Below are positions 16,435-25,864 of a stretch of 41,501 nt of DNA, one piece after another. The notes beneath the pieces were generated by a model. The model saw nothing but the letters and a program-made list of their open reading frames with translations. It was not told where the DNA came from and did no database searches. Position numbers and translations under genes: made by a program. Origin of the DNA: a virus (lineage: Duplodnaviria; Caudoviricetes); IMG/VR virus record IMGVR_UViG_3300032330_001524, positions 1-41,501 of that record; one strand, written 5' to 3'. Position 1 is the first letter of the stretch. Each line of letters starts with the position of its first letter.

Positions 16435-17193
16435 GGTTGCCCCCCGTTTTCTTCTGCCAAGCCGCCTCAAGCTGGGCTTGATTGATTCCTAGACTGATTC
16501 CCATTGCGAAGTATTGTAGCCGTTCCTGTTCCGCTTGCTGTGCTGGCGTTAGTTCTGCTCCTTCGTGATCCACCGGTACCGGTAACGGGGCGCCGTCCTT
16601 GTCACGAGGTCGATAATAGCATTCTATGATCTGCCTGTCGGTTAGTTCTGCGATCTGGGCAAACGTGAGTTGGTACGGTTCGCCGGTGAGGTTGGCGTAG
16701 AGCGCCCACGCGTTGGGCGGGATGGCCGGGCCTGTTGGCTCTCCACCGGTGGCGCCGTTGTCGTTTTTTTTTGCGGGAATGACTCTTCCAAGATTGTTTG
16801 GAACAGATGCTTTAGTTCGACGTCGTGTTCCACGGTGAGGCTCACAATTTCGTCAGCAGTGCAGGGCCTGCCGGCGCTCACGTCGAATGATACGCTCGCC
16901 AGCAGTTGAGATACCCCGCGCACTGTCCCGAGGCTTGCCGCAAACGTTGGGCCGTTCCAGCTAAACACACCGGAGGCGATGTCGCGCCGGATTCCATCGA
17001 GGCTCTTAGAATAGCCGTCCTCGCCAAGAATCTCGCGGAAGTCTGTGATGGCTTGCATGGCTGCGCCGGTAAGAAAGCGCTCGTATTCTGATTTCACGCG
17101 TTGGGTGATTAAGCCAAACCGGTAGAGTCTGCCGCCAAGGCTGATTTCCCGCGGTGCTGCATGCGCGCCAAGCGCTTCCGAGATTGTTGCCAC
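16418..17193 (-). CDS. Tail assembly chaperone, long (G-T type) form via -1 frameshift
   Basis: A9 run at 16772-16764. The -1 frame stays open (…NAWALYANLTGEPYQLTFAQIAELTDRQIIECYY…) to TGA at 16418, filling the gap before tape measure. Confidence 0.8.
16642..17193 (-). CDS. Tail assembly chaperone, short form
   Basis: Between tail tube and tape measure; contains the slippery site (FPQKK). Confidence 0.8.
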   Translation of the reverse strand: MATISEALGAHAAPREISLGGRLYRFGLITQRVKSEYERFLTGAAMQAITDFREILGEDGYSKSLDGIRRDIASGVFSWNGPTFAASLGTVRGVSQLLASVSFDVSAGRPCTADEIVSLTVEHDVELKHLFQTILEESFPQKKTTTAPPVESQQARPSRPTRGRSTPTSPANRTNSRLPRSQN

Positions 17194-17202
17194 TGCGCCA
17201 CC

Positions 17203-17565
17203 TTAAAACAGGATTATAAAGTTGCCGGTAGATTGCGCCGTGATGGAAAACTTGGCCACCCCGCGCACATCCTGAGTGATTGTAAGGTCCCTTACCATAG
17301 CGGTAATGGCAAACACGGGCCCGGCGCTCGTTGCGCCGAAGCCAAACGTGTACACGGTGCCTTCCCGAATGCCGAGGGTGCCGGGCCAAAATCCCTCGGC
17401 TGTTATGTCGATAGACGAGATGTTTGGAAGGCTCACCACCGTTGCACCTTCCACCGCGTTGGTGACGTCCTCGATTTCATTCTGCAATTTAATCGACCAC
17501 GACGTGAACGGAAGCCTAGCTCCCGCCACCGATATAAACCCGGTTTTTCCCGGTAAGACTGGCAT
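17203..17565 (-). CDS. Tail tube-like protein 2
   Basis: GKTG...PFTSWSI...DVTN..EG...IDITAEGFW; paralog of the upstream gene. Confidence 0.75.
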   Translation of the reverse strand: MPVLPGKTGFISVAGARLPFTSWSIKLQNEIEDVTNAVEGATVVSLPNISSIDITAEGFWPGTLGIREGTVYTFGFGATSAGPVFAITAMVRDLTITQDVRGVAKFSITAQSTGNFIILF

Positions 17566-17936
17566 CAGGGGCTCGCGGAGAAGATGCCGTTGCTAGTCGC
17601 ACTGTAAGAAACTTTGGCCACATCTTTCACCGATAGGTCAACCTTCACCGAAGTGATCCGGGCCTTGACTGTGAAGCCGGCGGCGCCCACGCCGAGAAAA
17701 AACGTCACATCCTGCCCGGGTGAAGCGCCGGCGCTGCCGTCATAGGGTCCACTGGCTGAAATATCTGCCGATGCGATCCCGGCCACGTTTTCGGTAACGC
17801 CTTCGGATAAGAAGTTGGTAACTTCCACCGCGTCTGATTTAAAGTCTACGCTCCAATCGGTGAGGGGCTGGGAAGCGCCGTTCACCAATACGCTGCCTGT
17901 TTTTCCATGGGCAAAACTGGTACTCGTTACCGGCAT
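17565..17936 (-). CDS. Tail tube-like protein 1
   Basis: GKTG...PLTDWSV...EVTN..EG...ADISASGPY; strong SD GGGGAGG. Confidence 0.8.
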   Translation of the reverse strand: MPVTSTSFAHGKTGSVLVNGASQPLTDWSVDFKSDAVEVTNFLSEGVTENVAGIASADISASGPYDGSAGASPGQDVTFFLGVGAAGFTVKARITSVKVDLSVKDVAKVSYSATSNGIFSASP

Positions 17937-17951
17937 GATATCCCTCCCCTG

Positions 17952-18380
17952 TTAGCTTGCCCGCGCCTCGAGGCTGCGGTAGGTCATGGTCATTCCTGAA
18001 ACGTCGTAATTGTTTACGCTGCCCGAGACTACCTCCAAGGCTGGCGATGTCTCAATCATTGTATCAAATACGCTGTTCACGCCTGCAAGCGCCACCTTGT
18101 ACAAGGCGTTGCGCACATTCTCCCGCAGATCCAACCACGCCACCACATCGGGTTCGTGAATGCGGTTGCCGGCCTGCACCATGGTAACGTTCACTTGGTA
18201 GTCGTAGTTCACATTCCCGCCAAACGTTTCAATGCTTACTGATTCTCGCCCCGGCGAAACAACGATAAGGGGAAGCTTGTCACCTTCAAGAAAGATGGCT
18301 CGCTTGCGCACCACCACCGGCACACCGACGGTTGCCAAGGCTGTTTTAACCGCGCCCAATATGTCTGAAAACTTGCTCAA
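17952..18380 (-). CDS. Tail terminator-like protein
   Basis: Size, LPLIVVSPG motif and position directly before tail tube. Confidence 0.65.
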   Translation of the reverse strand: MSKFSDILGAVKTALATVGVPVVVRKRAIFLEGDKLPLIVVSPGRESVSIETFGGNVNYDYQVNVTMVQAGNRIHEPDVVAWLDLRENVRNALYKVALAGVNSVFDTMIETSPALEVVSGSVNNYDVSGMTMTYRSLEARAS

Positions 18381-18988
18381 AACGTCTCCCCCGCGTCGGC
18401 TGTTGTTTCAATTTCCCAACAATTGGAATGTACCGTATGCGAAACTCGATTGATGCGAAACCGGTTGCCGTATGTGTCAATCAGGGCGCCGTTGGTTTGT
18501 GGCGCCACCGGACAATCTGCGCCCCATATAATCCACTGGGTAGCGTTGCCATATGCCGACATACTGCCGGCGTCTGCTAGGTCCACGGTACCAGGTAGGC
18601 GAAGGGCCCGCGGTATCCGAATAGTGGCGCCGTCGCGCTGAATCAGGGTAACTATCTCAAGGTTGTCTACTACCACATGGTCACCCGCGGGGCTCCACTG
18701 AAACAGGCGCGCCGGCGCCGCGGTTTCAACCCGGAAGGTTCCAAGGCGAGATCCGAAAGCCGCTCCGCTTCCGGCCCACGTATACATAACCGCGCCGGCT
18801 TCGGTGGTGGTGTAGTCGTACCGGTACACGCCCACCGAAACCCGGGTGATACTGGCGCCGGTAAGCGTAATGGTTGCCGCGGTGGGCGGTTCAATGGTAA
18901 GAGTCACCGCGGGATCGGTAAGACTCCCGTCCCTGTTCTTAAAAACGGTTTCTAACCGTACCACGTCGCCCACATAGTAGGTCATCAT
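18377..18988 (-). CDS. Ig-like domain fused to head-closure-like domain
   Basis: N-term YVGDVVRL...GVYRYDY...W; C-term beta-barrel-like LIDTYGNRFRI...WEIET. Confidence 0.55.
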   Translation of the reverse strand: MMTYYVGDVVRLETVFKNRDGSLTDPAVTLTIEPPTAATITLTGASITRVSVGVYRYDYTTTEAGAVMYTWAGSGAAFGSRLGTFRVETAAPARLFQWSPAGDHVVVDNLEIVTLIQRDGATIRIPRALRLPGTVDLADAGSMSAYGNATQWIIWGADCPVAPQTNGALIDTYGNRFRINRVSHTVHSNCWEIETTADAGETF

Positions 18989-21786
18989 AAATTAGTACCC
19001 GCCCTTCGCAGGTCATACGTTGAGACGCTAGTACCGCCGCCAGTCGTGATCGGTGCCACCCGCGCCGCCGGGGCAATAACCGACACCGTTACCCCGGAAG
19101 GGTTCCCGGTGGCGCTGGCCGTTATGGTGCCGGCGCCGGGTGCCGTCATGGTCACCGTGCCGAGGGCGCCGATACCGCGCACAATAGCCAAGGCTGTGCC
19201 GGTAGGTGCCACCATGGTGATGGTGGCAAGGGGCGCCGTGAGGGTGCCGGTTGCGCTGCCGGCGGTTGCCGTCATGGTCACCGTGCCAGGTGCGCCGGTT
19301 GCCACGACTGAGGCTCGCGCCACGCCTGCCGGTGCCGTCATGGTCACCGTTGCGCCGCTGCCGGTTGTGGATGCCGTGCCGGTTGCAGCTCCCGCCGCCG
19401 CCGCGATGGCCACTGCTGGAAGGCTTCCGGCTGCCGATACCGATACTCGGGCCGCTCCACCGGGTGCCGTCATCGTTGCCGTGCTTATTGCGCCGGTGCC
19501 GGTTGCCGTGCCAATTGATCCACCTGCCGGCGCCGCTACCGTCACCGTCGCGCCTGCCGGGCTCGCCGTTGCGCCGCCGGTTCTTGTCGCTGCCGGCGCC
19601 GCCACCGTGATGGTTGCCAAGGCTCCGGCTGTTGTCGCTGAGGCTGTCAGGGTTCCGGCGGGTGCCGATACCGCTACGGTTCGCCCCGCGCCGGTGGCTG
19701 CTGCTGTTCCGGCTGCACTGCCGACGGTAGTGCCTACCGCTATGGTTGCAAGCGCTCCACCTGCCGCCGCGGTGCCAATTGCGCTTCCGGAGGTAGTCGT
19801 CATTGTGACGCTTGCCAAGGCTCCGGCCTTGGTTGCCGTGCCGGTTGCGCCGCCGGTGGGCGCCGTTACCGCTACCGTGCTCGGCGCTCCACTCGCTGGC
19901 GCCGATCCTGTCGCCGATCCTGCCGCCGCCGATAGTGTCACCGTGCCGATGGTGCCGGCGCTTGCCGCTCCGCCGGTTGCAGATCCTGCCGGCGCCGACA
20001 CCGTGACGGTTCGCCCCGTGCCGCTAGCCGATCCGCCGCCGGCGCCGAGGCCTGCCGGCGGTATCGTCACCAGGATAGTGGGCCCGATAGTTTCGGCGCC
20101 AATCTGCACCCGGCCCTCGGGTGGCACCATGGTAACGGTTGGTATGGGTTCGGTAATCCAAGACGTTGCCACCGTGCCGGCTGGCGCCACCATGGTGATG
20201 GTTCGCCCCGTGCCGGTTGCCGATGCGTTCACCGGGATAAATGCAATCCCCGCCGGCGCTGCCATCGTGACGGTGGCGCCCGCACCCGTTGCCGATCCGT
20301 TGGTTGGGACGACTGCCGCCCCGGCTGGGGCTGTCATGGTAACGACTGCGCCGGCGCCGGTTGCCGATGCGTTGGAAGGAGCAATGGCCGTGCCCGCAGG
20401 CGCTGCCATCGTAACGGCAACACCAGCGCCTGTTGCTGTACCGTTAGGGGAAGAAGATACTTCGGTTCCGGCGCCGCCGTTATAAATTTGTTCGTAATCA
20501 AATCCGCTTAATTTGTTTTGAAACAATCTCACATCGTCAACGCTGGTATAAATTGTTGAATCTGTATTTGGCAATGTGAAAATTATAGGAGTAACGGTAA
20601 AATATGAAGGAACCCCTCCTGAACTTGCTTTCTCTTTTGTGGTGCCGTCTGAATGACGATAAATAAATCTTTGAGCTATTGAATCATATGCTAAAAAGAA
20701 AAACCCCGTACTTGTTCCACTTGTTGAAACCAAAGTAGTTCCTTGTATCGCAATATCACTTGATCCCATACTGTTTTTTCTTAGAGAAAATTCGTAGCCG
20801 CTTGAATGATACCCATAACCTATTGTTGGCATTAAATAACCGGAAGCGTTGTATGTAGTTGTATCTGATTCCCAAAATGATATTGAATAACTATTTCCAG
20901 ATGTCCAACCAGAAGTTGCAGAATTATTCCACCAAACTGTTGGCAAATTTGTGTTGTCTGAAAGATTATCATAAACACGTAAAGAATATGGGCTTGCACT
21001 GCAAAGTCCGGAATTATAAGCAATTGTTCCTGCCGGTGCTCCCGGATTATTAAATGTAGATGTTCCAATTGAATCAGTTGTATTGTTATTGCATTTGTAA
21101 TGATTAGCTGGATATTGCCACCGTAAAGCCGTGCTGCTTGCTTCCGCGGGAAGCCCAGCGTTATAGATTCCCGCTATTTCTCCCGATGAAAGCGAGTGAT
21201 TGAACACGCGCACATCATCGACTCTAGCATAAAGCGCTATGTATAGGCTGGGCGATCCAATACGTATACCGTTGAATTGTGTTTTCCCGCCAGTGCCTGA
21301 ACCTGTCGCCCAAGAATTTGTTGATTCAGTTCCCCCGTTTACTGATAAATAACATGTGCCGCCGGTAACACGCACCGTGAAAAACACCCATGTTCCTGTT
21401 GAACAAGCTTTAGTGATCCCACGAAAAGTTAAGCCGCCAAGCTTCTGATCGTAATATAAGTATGCCGATGACTGCCCAGAAGTCGAACTAAGCAGATTAA
21501 TTATTTGCGTTGTAGTCCCACTACAATAAACCCACCCCGTCATCGACCACGCCGAAACTCCTGCCGCCGCTTCACTAGCATCTGCCGCAAGAAAGCCGCT
21601 TGCCGCCGCTCCTGTGCCAGTACATCCGAGAATGTACATGGTCATCATGTCGGATGCTACTGCGCCAGTGCTGCCGCCAAGCTTGCCCGTGGTGTAGGTG
21701 GGCGTTCCAAAATCGGCCAATAAATCAAACGCGCCGATACTGTCGTAAAGGTTGCCGTTAAATTTGTAGTAATGAATGAGTGCCAC
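18985..21786 (-). CDS. Fibre/adhesin: two LamG-like domains plus Thr/Ala/Gly-rich ~15-aa repeats
   Basis: HYYKFNGN...VDDVRVFNHSLS...IYNAG occurs twice; many TVTMxAPAGxA repeats follow. Confidence 0.8.
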   Translation of the reverse strand: MALIHYYKFNGNLYDSIGAFDLLADFGTPTYTTGKLGGSTGAVASDMMTMYILGCTGTGAAASGFLAADASEAAAGVSAWSMTGWVYCSGTTTQIINLLSSTSGQSSAYLYYDQKLGGLTFRGITKACSTGTWVFFTVRVTGGTCYLSVNGGTESTNSWATGSGTGGKTQFNGIRIGSPSLYIALYARVDDVRVFNHSLSSGEIAGIYNAGLPAEASSTALRWQYPANHYKCNNNTTDSIGTSTFNNPGAPAGTIAYNSGLCSASPYSLRVYDNLSDNTNLPTVWWNNSATSGWTSGNSYSISFWESDTTTYNASGYLMPTIGYGYHSSGYEFSLRKNSMGSSDIAIQGTTLVSTSGTSTGFFFLAYDSIAQRFIYRHSDGTTKEKASSGGVPSYFTVTPIIFTLPNTDSTIYTSVDDVRLFQNKLSGFDYEQIYNGGAGTEVSSSPNGTATGAGVAVTMAAPAGTAIAPSNASATGAGAVVTMTAPAGAAVVPTNGSATGAGATVTMAAPAGIAFIPVNASATGTGRTITMVAPAGTVATSWITEPIPTVTMVPPEGRVQIGAETIGPTILVTIPPAGLGAGGGSASGTGRTVTVSAPAGSATGGAASAGTIGTVTLSAAAGSATGSAPASGAPSTVAVTAPTGGATGTATKAGALASVTMTTTSGSAIGTAAAGGALATIAVGTTVGSAAGTAAATGAGRTVAVSAPAGTLTASATTAGALATITVAAPAATRTGGATASPAGATVTVAAPAGGSIGTATGTGAISTATMTAPGGAARVSVSAAGSLPAVAIAAAAGAATGTASTTGSGATVTMTAPAGVARASVVATGAPGTVTMTATAGSATGTLTAPLATITMVAPTGTALAIVRGIGALGTVTMTAPGAGTITASATGNPSGVTVSVIAPAARVAPITTGGGTSVSTYDLRRAGTNL

Positions 21787-21789
21787 GGA

Positions 21790-22371
21790 TTAGCCCCACT
21801 TCGGAATGTCGGCTCGAATATGGGCCAAGGCCTGCTCGTTAAATGGCAAGCCTATCAAATCTGTAACCGCTTGCAATTGTGTCGCCGGGTCAATCGTCGT
21901 TTCGGGAAACGCCACCCGCATTCTATCCGCCTCGGGCCAGGCCTGAAACAAACCTTCCAAGCTTGCCACTTGACTGGTGATTATTTCCCGCGCCTCTTCA
22001 ATTGAAAGATCGTGCCGGAGGGTTGAATAGGATGCCAACGTGGTTTCGATGTTTCGGGTGGTCCAAACCAAAACCTTGCGATCCACTTGGCATGCCTCAA
22101 CAAATGATTCCATCATGCCGGGAATAAATAGAAGCCGGTGGCTTTTAATGCCCCAAACGTCGGGCATTGAACGGGCTGCGAAGTATTCGTCCCACCCCAT
22201 AAAACCTTCAACGTCAAGAATCCTGTCCTTGTAGCTGCCGGTTGGATGCCACCCGGGCCAATCGCGCTCCACCGGCGCCGGGTTCATGTCTGCGCCGGAT
22301 TCATGCAAGAACCGCGCCAGCAATGAGGTGCCGGCGCGGTAGGTTCCTGCAACAATCACGCAGGTTGCCAT
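21790..22371 (-). CDS. Sulfotransferase-family (P-loop) protein
   Basis: IVAGTYRAGTSLL (5'-PSB-like), WGIKSHR, TTRN..TTLASY (3'-PB-like); start revised to 22371 (TAATG overlap). Confidence 0.7.
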   Translation of the reverse strand: MATCVIVAGTYRAGTSLLARFLHESGADMNPAPVERDWPGWHPTGSYKDRILDVEGFMGWDEYFAARSMPDVWGIKSHRLLFIPGMMESFVEACQVDRKVLVWTTRNIETTLASYSTLRHDLSIEEAREIITSQVASLEGLFQAWPEADRMRVAFPETTIDPATQLQAVTDLIGLPFNEQALAHIRADIPKWG

Positions 22372-22787
22372 TAGTTCTGGAAGCGTAGCGGGCTTGAGAT
22401 CGTCACCGAAAACGTGCCGGCGGTGCTGGTCACGTCGGTGCCAAAATCCACGTAGGCCACCAGTTCGTCGGCGCTTGCAAGGCCTCCGCGAGATTTGTAA
22501 ATCACACCGGCCCTGGCCGTGATGGTTGCCGTAGTCCAAGACGTGATTGCGAAGGTGATGTCCTCGCGGTTGTTCGTGTTGTCCTTGGTGCAGGTTGCCG
22601 CCGCGGCGTTGCCGCCGGTGGTGTAGCCGGTACCGGAAACCTCGTTGGTGACGTCGCTACGCTTGGCGTGAGTTTTGGCCGCGGTGTAGGAACTGGTCAC
22701 CAAAATCATCTTGAAGGTGTCGGTATCAAAATCAATTGACCCCTTAACCGTATCATCGAGGCATGAGTTATAAATCAGGCTTGCCAT
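22371..22787 (-). CDS. Virion structural protein (fibre-associated)
   Basis: IDFDTDTFKMIL...NEVSGTGYTTGG...ITARAGVIY...LVAYVDFG pattern typical of phage minor structural proteins. Confidence 0.7.
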   Translation of the reverse strand: MASLIYNSCLDDTVKGSIDFDTDTFKMILVTSSYTAAKTHAKRSDVTNEVSGTGYTTGGNAAAATCTKDNTNNREDITFAITSWTTATITARAGVIYKSRGGLASADELVAYVDFGTDVTSTAGTFSVTISSPLRFQN

Positions 22788-22798
22788 GTAAAAACCCC

Positions 22799-23257
22799 CT
22801 AGTTAATAAAAGAATCTGTCACCTGGTATTGTAGCCCCTGCCCGGTAATGGCTTGAAGCTGTGGGAGCAGGTCTTGCAATGTATCTTTGAGCCCAAGGCG
22901 CCGGTATCGCACTTCCAACACTGCGCCATAGAAAGCATTCCGCCGGAGTCCTACGCGCACCCTGCCCGCCGCAATTATGCCCGCAATATCTGTCGGGGCG
23001 AATGTCACATTGGCTTGAAGAAAGCCGGTGCGCTTGTTTGGGTATTCGCCGGGCCGCGAGGCGCCGGTATAGCGTACCCTGCCGTTGGCCCGTACTGCCG
23101 GCGCCGGCTTGTTCAAGCGCCGCTGGTGTTGGCTCATAAGGTAAACCGCGGCGCGGGCCAATTTGCTAGCCTGCCGTTGGTCCATCTCTTCGGTGGGCCT
23201 GCCGCCAGGTCCGGTGAGCGCCGCGAAGGCCTGTGCCACCCCGATGGAAAGGTTCAC
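22799..23257 (-). CDS. Neck/tail-completion protein (HK97 gp10-like)
   Basis: SRPGEYPNKRTGFLQ...YGAVLE; GTG start after GGAGG. Confidence 0.7.
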   Translation of the reverse strand: MNLSIGVAQAFAALTGPGGRPTEEMDQRQASKLARAAVYLMSQHQRRLNKPAPAVRANGRVRYTGASRPGEYPNKRTGFLQANVTFAPTDIAGIIAAGRVRVGLRRNAFYGAVLEVRYRRLGLKDTLQDLLPQLQAITGQGLQYQVTDSFIN

Positions 23258-23574
23258 GCTAAAACCTCCCCGTAGGTGATATGTCCGCCAGCAATTTGGG
23301 CACCATTGGAATATAGCACCAAATCTTCGCCTACTGCCGTCTGAAGCACCGGCATTCCACCCGCGGGCCAATTGTCGCCTAAGTGAATTGCCGCGTTGCT
23401 TGATGCCGCCATGTGCATCTGTCCGCTTAATGCGGTAGTGCCTGATTTCCAGATAAAATAATTGTTGTTTGCCGAAAACAGAATATAGGCGTAAACGCGA
23501 AACCTCTTGCCGGGAATGCCCGACAAGATTACGTTGTTGCCGCTTGTCGAGGTGTCAATGATGGCCGTTTTCAT
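23254..23574 (-). CDS. Small beta-rich virion protein (paralog of 7562..7882)
   Basis: ATGA overlap start; paralogy visible over the full length. Confidence 0.7.
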   Translation of the reverse strand: MKTAIIDTSTSGNNVILSGIPGKRFRVYAYILFSANNNYFIWKSGTTALSGQMHMAASSNAAIHLGDNWPAGGMPVLQTAVGEDLVLYSNGAQIAGGHITYGEVLA

Positions 23575-23792
23575 ATCGGCCTCATTCTTGTAACCTTCTG
23601 GAAGGGGCCCGCTAGGCTCTGCTGTGCTGCCTGCAATTTCTGCAATTGCTCGGTGAGCATGGAAAGGTAGCTGCCCCATGATATCGACTGTCCACCCACC
23701 GAATAGTCGGGCTTGGGCTGGGTTGTTATCTCTCGAATCTGCGCCGCCACGTTTGCGATGGCCGCGCCGATGTCATCCGCCGGTGTTGGCAT
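23571..23792 (-). CDS. Head-tail adaptor, lambda gpW-like
   Basis: Helix-hairpin-helix with YSVGGQSIS; 73 aa; follows the capsid genes. Confidence 0.65.
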   Translation of the reverse strand: MPTPADDIGAAIANVAAQIREITTQPKPDYSVGGQSISWGSYLSMLTEQLQKLQAAQQSLAGPFQKVTRMRPI

Positions 23793-23991
23793 GGTCTGGC
23801 TCCACTACCACAAGGGGGCGCGAATGGGCGAGACTGTACATATCGCAATAACGCCGTTTGGCGTCTACGGTGTTGAAAGCTTCCACCAGTCGCCGCGGGG
23901 TGAACTGCCCGGAGACTTCGTAAATGCGAAGCACCGGGGCCGCTTCTGCCGCCGGTGCTTGCTTGGTTTGCTTCGCTGGTACTGCGCTCAT
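23773..23991 (-). CDS. Small hypothetical head-region protein
   Basis: TAATG overlap with the capsid stop. Confidence 0.6.
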   Translation of the reverse strand: MSAVPAKQTKQAPAAEAAPVLRIYEVSGQFTPRRLVEAFNTVDAKRRYCDMYSLAHSRPLVVVEPDHANTGG

Positions 23992-25322
23992 TAGTTCTTG
24001 TTCCGCACGATGTGCCAAGGGCTCCACACTGATGGTACGCCCCTCTCGTTGGCGAAGTATGCCGCGACGATACCCCGATCCAACATTTCGTACTGATTGG
24101 GCGCCGCTTGGCTGACGCTGAGCGGGTAGTTCTGCATATAACGGAAGGCCTTGCCGGACTCAAAGGCCCACCAATACTCGTCGGCGTTGGCCTGCGAGAT
24201 GTTCAAGCCGTCGGCTGCAATGCAGCGCTGTTCGAGCAGTGGGGAGGTGATGATTTCCATGCCCGTATACGGTGCGCCGGGGCTCACTGATACGTTCAAG
24301 GGGTTGCTGGTTGTCTGCGGGGTGGTGGCGCCGGCGCCAGTTCTGCGCTCGGTGCTGGTTGCCGCCATGATCAGGTTGGCGGTTGCAATGCGCGCCGGGT
24401 TCACAACAATTGTATCCGGCTTGGTCAAAATACGTTTGCCGGTGTTTGGATCTTCCTGACGCATGAACAGCATCATGGCCGCTTGAATGGCTGTCCAGTC
24501 CGTAAGCGGGTTGCTCAGATCGTTCAAATAGCCAAGGGTTCGGCTCGTCTGGTAGGTGTTGTATGCGGTGCCGCTCCAATTGAACGAGTTGGTAGCGCCA
24601 ATAAACAAGTCGATGACTCGCAGTTCTTTTCGGTATGCGATTTCATCGCCCACCGCCGCCGCGGATTGAAGAACCTGCCCGGACAAGTCGTAGAAGACGG
24701 CTTCCTTGCTGACTTCCACCGCCAAGGCATATTCTGAAGTTTCTGGTGTCTGTACCCATTTTTCGCCGAATTGCGCGCGTGGGTGAGGCTCTCCAGGCTT
24801 GCGTTCTTTGGCCTTGTCGCCGATGCGCGAGATGCCGATGATTTTCTGTCCGTTGAGCTTGGTTGGTTCCGCGGGCATAAGCTTATCGGCGATCAAAGAC
24901 GGGTTGCTGAAGGCCTCGAGGATCTTTACCTCGACAAGCCCGCCAACAACACTGGTAAAGGTATTGATGTTGAGAAAGGCGGTTGGGTCGATACCCACGC
25001 CGGTATTTTCAAGCAGGTTCCGCGGGTCGCCGGTGTCGAGCAGGGCGCGGGCTGTGGTGTAGCGGTTCAAGGCCTGGCTGTCTGGCGCAAACAGACTGCG
25101 CCATGATGGGCCGACGATTCCTTCGGCCAGCTCGCTGAGGCTGAAGGATTCAGGACGAAGGGCTCGCTCTTTTAAGATGCGGTTGCCTGCCAGGTCCCTG
25201 TGGTCATTGCCGTTGGCGTCGCATAGGCCAAGGCCTTGCTTCATTTCGGTGAGAAAGCGCCACCTACCGTTGCTCTGTTTTGAGCGAGATTCAAATAGAC
25301 TTCGGATCTTAACAGGATTCAT
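23991..25322 (-). CDS. Major capsid protein
   Basis: 443 aa following decoration and scaffold; Mu gpT/HK97-like features (VSKEAVFYDLSGQV, PDTIVV, PWHIVRN). Confidence 0.85.
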   Translation of the reverse strand: MNPVKIRSLFESRSKQSNGRWRFLTEMKQGLGLCDANGNDHRDLAGNRILKERALRPESFSLSELAEGIVGPSWRSLFAPDSQALNRYTTARALLDTGDPRNLLENTGVGIDPTAFLNINTFTSVVGGLVEVKILEAFSNPSLIADKLMPAEPTKLNGQKIIGISRIGDKAKERKPGEPHPRAQFGEKWVQTPETSEYALAVEVSKEAVFYDLSGQVLQSAAAVGDEIAYRKELRVIDLFIGATNSFNWSGTAYNTYQTSRTLGYLNDLSNPLTDWTAIQAAMMLFMRQEDPNTGKRILTKPDTIVVNPARIATANLIMAATSTERRTGAGATTPQTTSNPLNVSVSPGAPYTGMEIITSPLLEQRCIAADGLNISQANADEYWWAFESGKAFRYMQNYPLSVSQAAPNQYEMLDRGIVAAYFANERGVPSVWSPWHIVRNKN

Positions 25323-25350
25323 AGCTACACTCCGTTGGTTTGGTTATTGA

Positions 25351-25839
25351 TCAAAATACTTGGCGGGCCGCTTTGCCGTAAATTCGGCACCGTACCGTTG
25401 TGGTCGCACTTGGGTAGTTGCCCACTACAACGCCGATGGCTTCGGTGGTCAGGGCGGTGGCGTCGATCTTCTGGTCTTGGATTGCGCCGGCTGCCGCGGT
25501 GCCTGAGCTGAACGCGGTAACAAGCGCACCCGCTACCCATGTTTGGCTTGCACAGTCGGCTTCGTAAATGCAATCGGTTTCAACCGTCACCGTGCCGTCG
25601 GTGGTTTGCGCCGCGATTCTGCCGCTTCGAGCAACGCCAACAAAATTGTCGTGGACAAACACTTGGTCAGTGTTTACCGTGCCGGAAGCCACCTTGGAAC
25701 TAAGGGGTTTGGCATAGCCGTCGCTGGTGTCCAAATAAAGCAAATCGCCCACGCCAATGGCGATGCCGCCCTTGGCTGCATAAACCACCGTGCGCGTCAT
25801 GGTGGGCTGACTAAATCGTGATCCTGCAAATGCTCCCAT
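25351..25839 (-). CDS. Head decoration/cement protein
   Basis: AIGVGDLLY...FVGVA...V; located between scaffold and capsid. Confidence 0.7.
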   Translation of the reverse strand: MGAFAGSRFSQPTMTRTVVYAAKGGIAIGVGDLLYLDTSDGYAKPLSSKVASGTVNTDQVFVHDNFVGVARSGRIAAQTTDGTVTVETDCIYEADCASQTWVAGALVTAFSSGTAAAGAIQDQKIDATALTTEAIGVVVGNYPSATTTVRCRIYGKAARQVF

Positions 25840-25864
25840 GGCCGATACCTCCCCTTGTTTGTGA

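Noticed and set aside
19046-20485. 479-aa plus-strand ORF (and similar ones at 14798-15805 and 30590-31351)
   Set aside because: Antisense shadows of GC-rich, repetitive minus-strand genes; no RBS or domain motifs.
6799-21786. Diversity-generating retroelement acting on the lectin domains
   Set aside because: No reverse transcriptase and no TR/VR repeat pair seen.
22372-22539. N-terminal extension of the sulfotransferase ORF (likewise extensions of 11534..12772, 22799..23371, 39165..40418)
   Set aside because: These overlap bona fide upstream genes; coupled downstream starts fit better.
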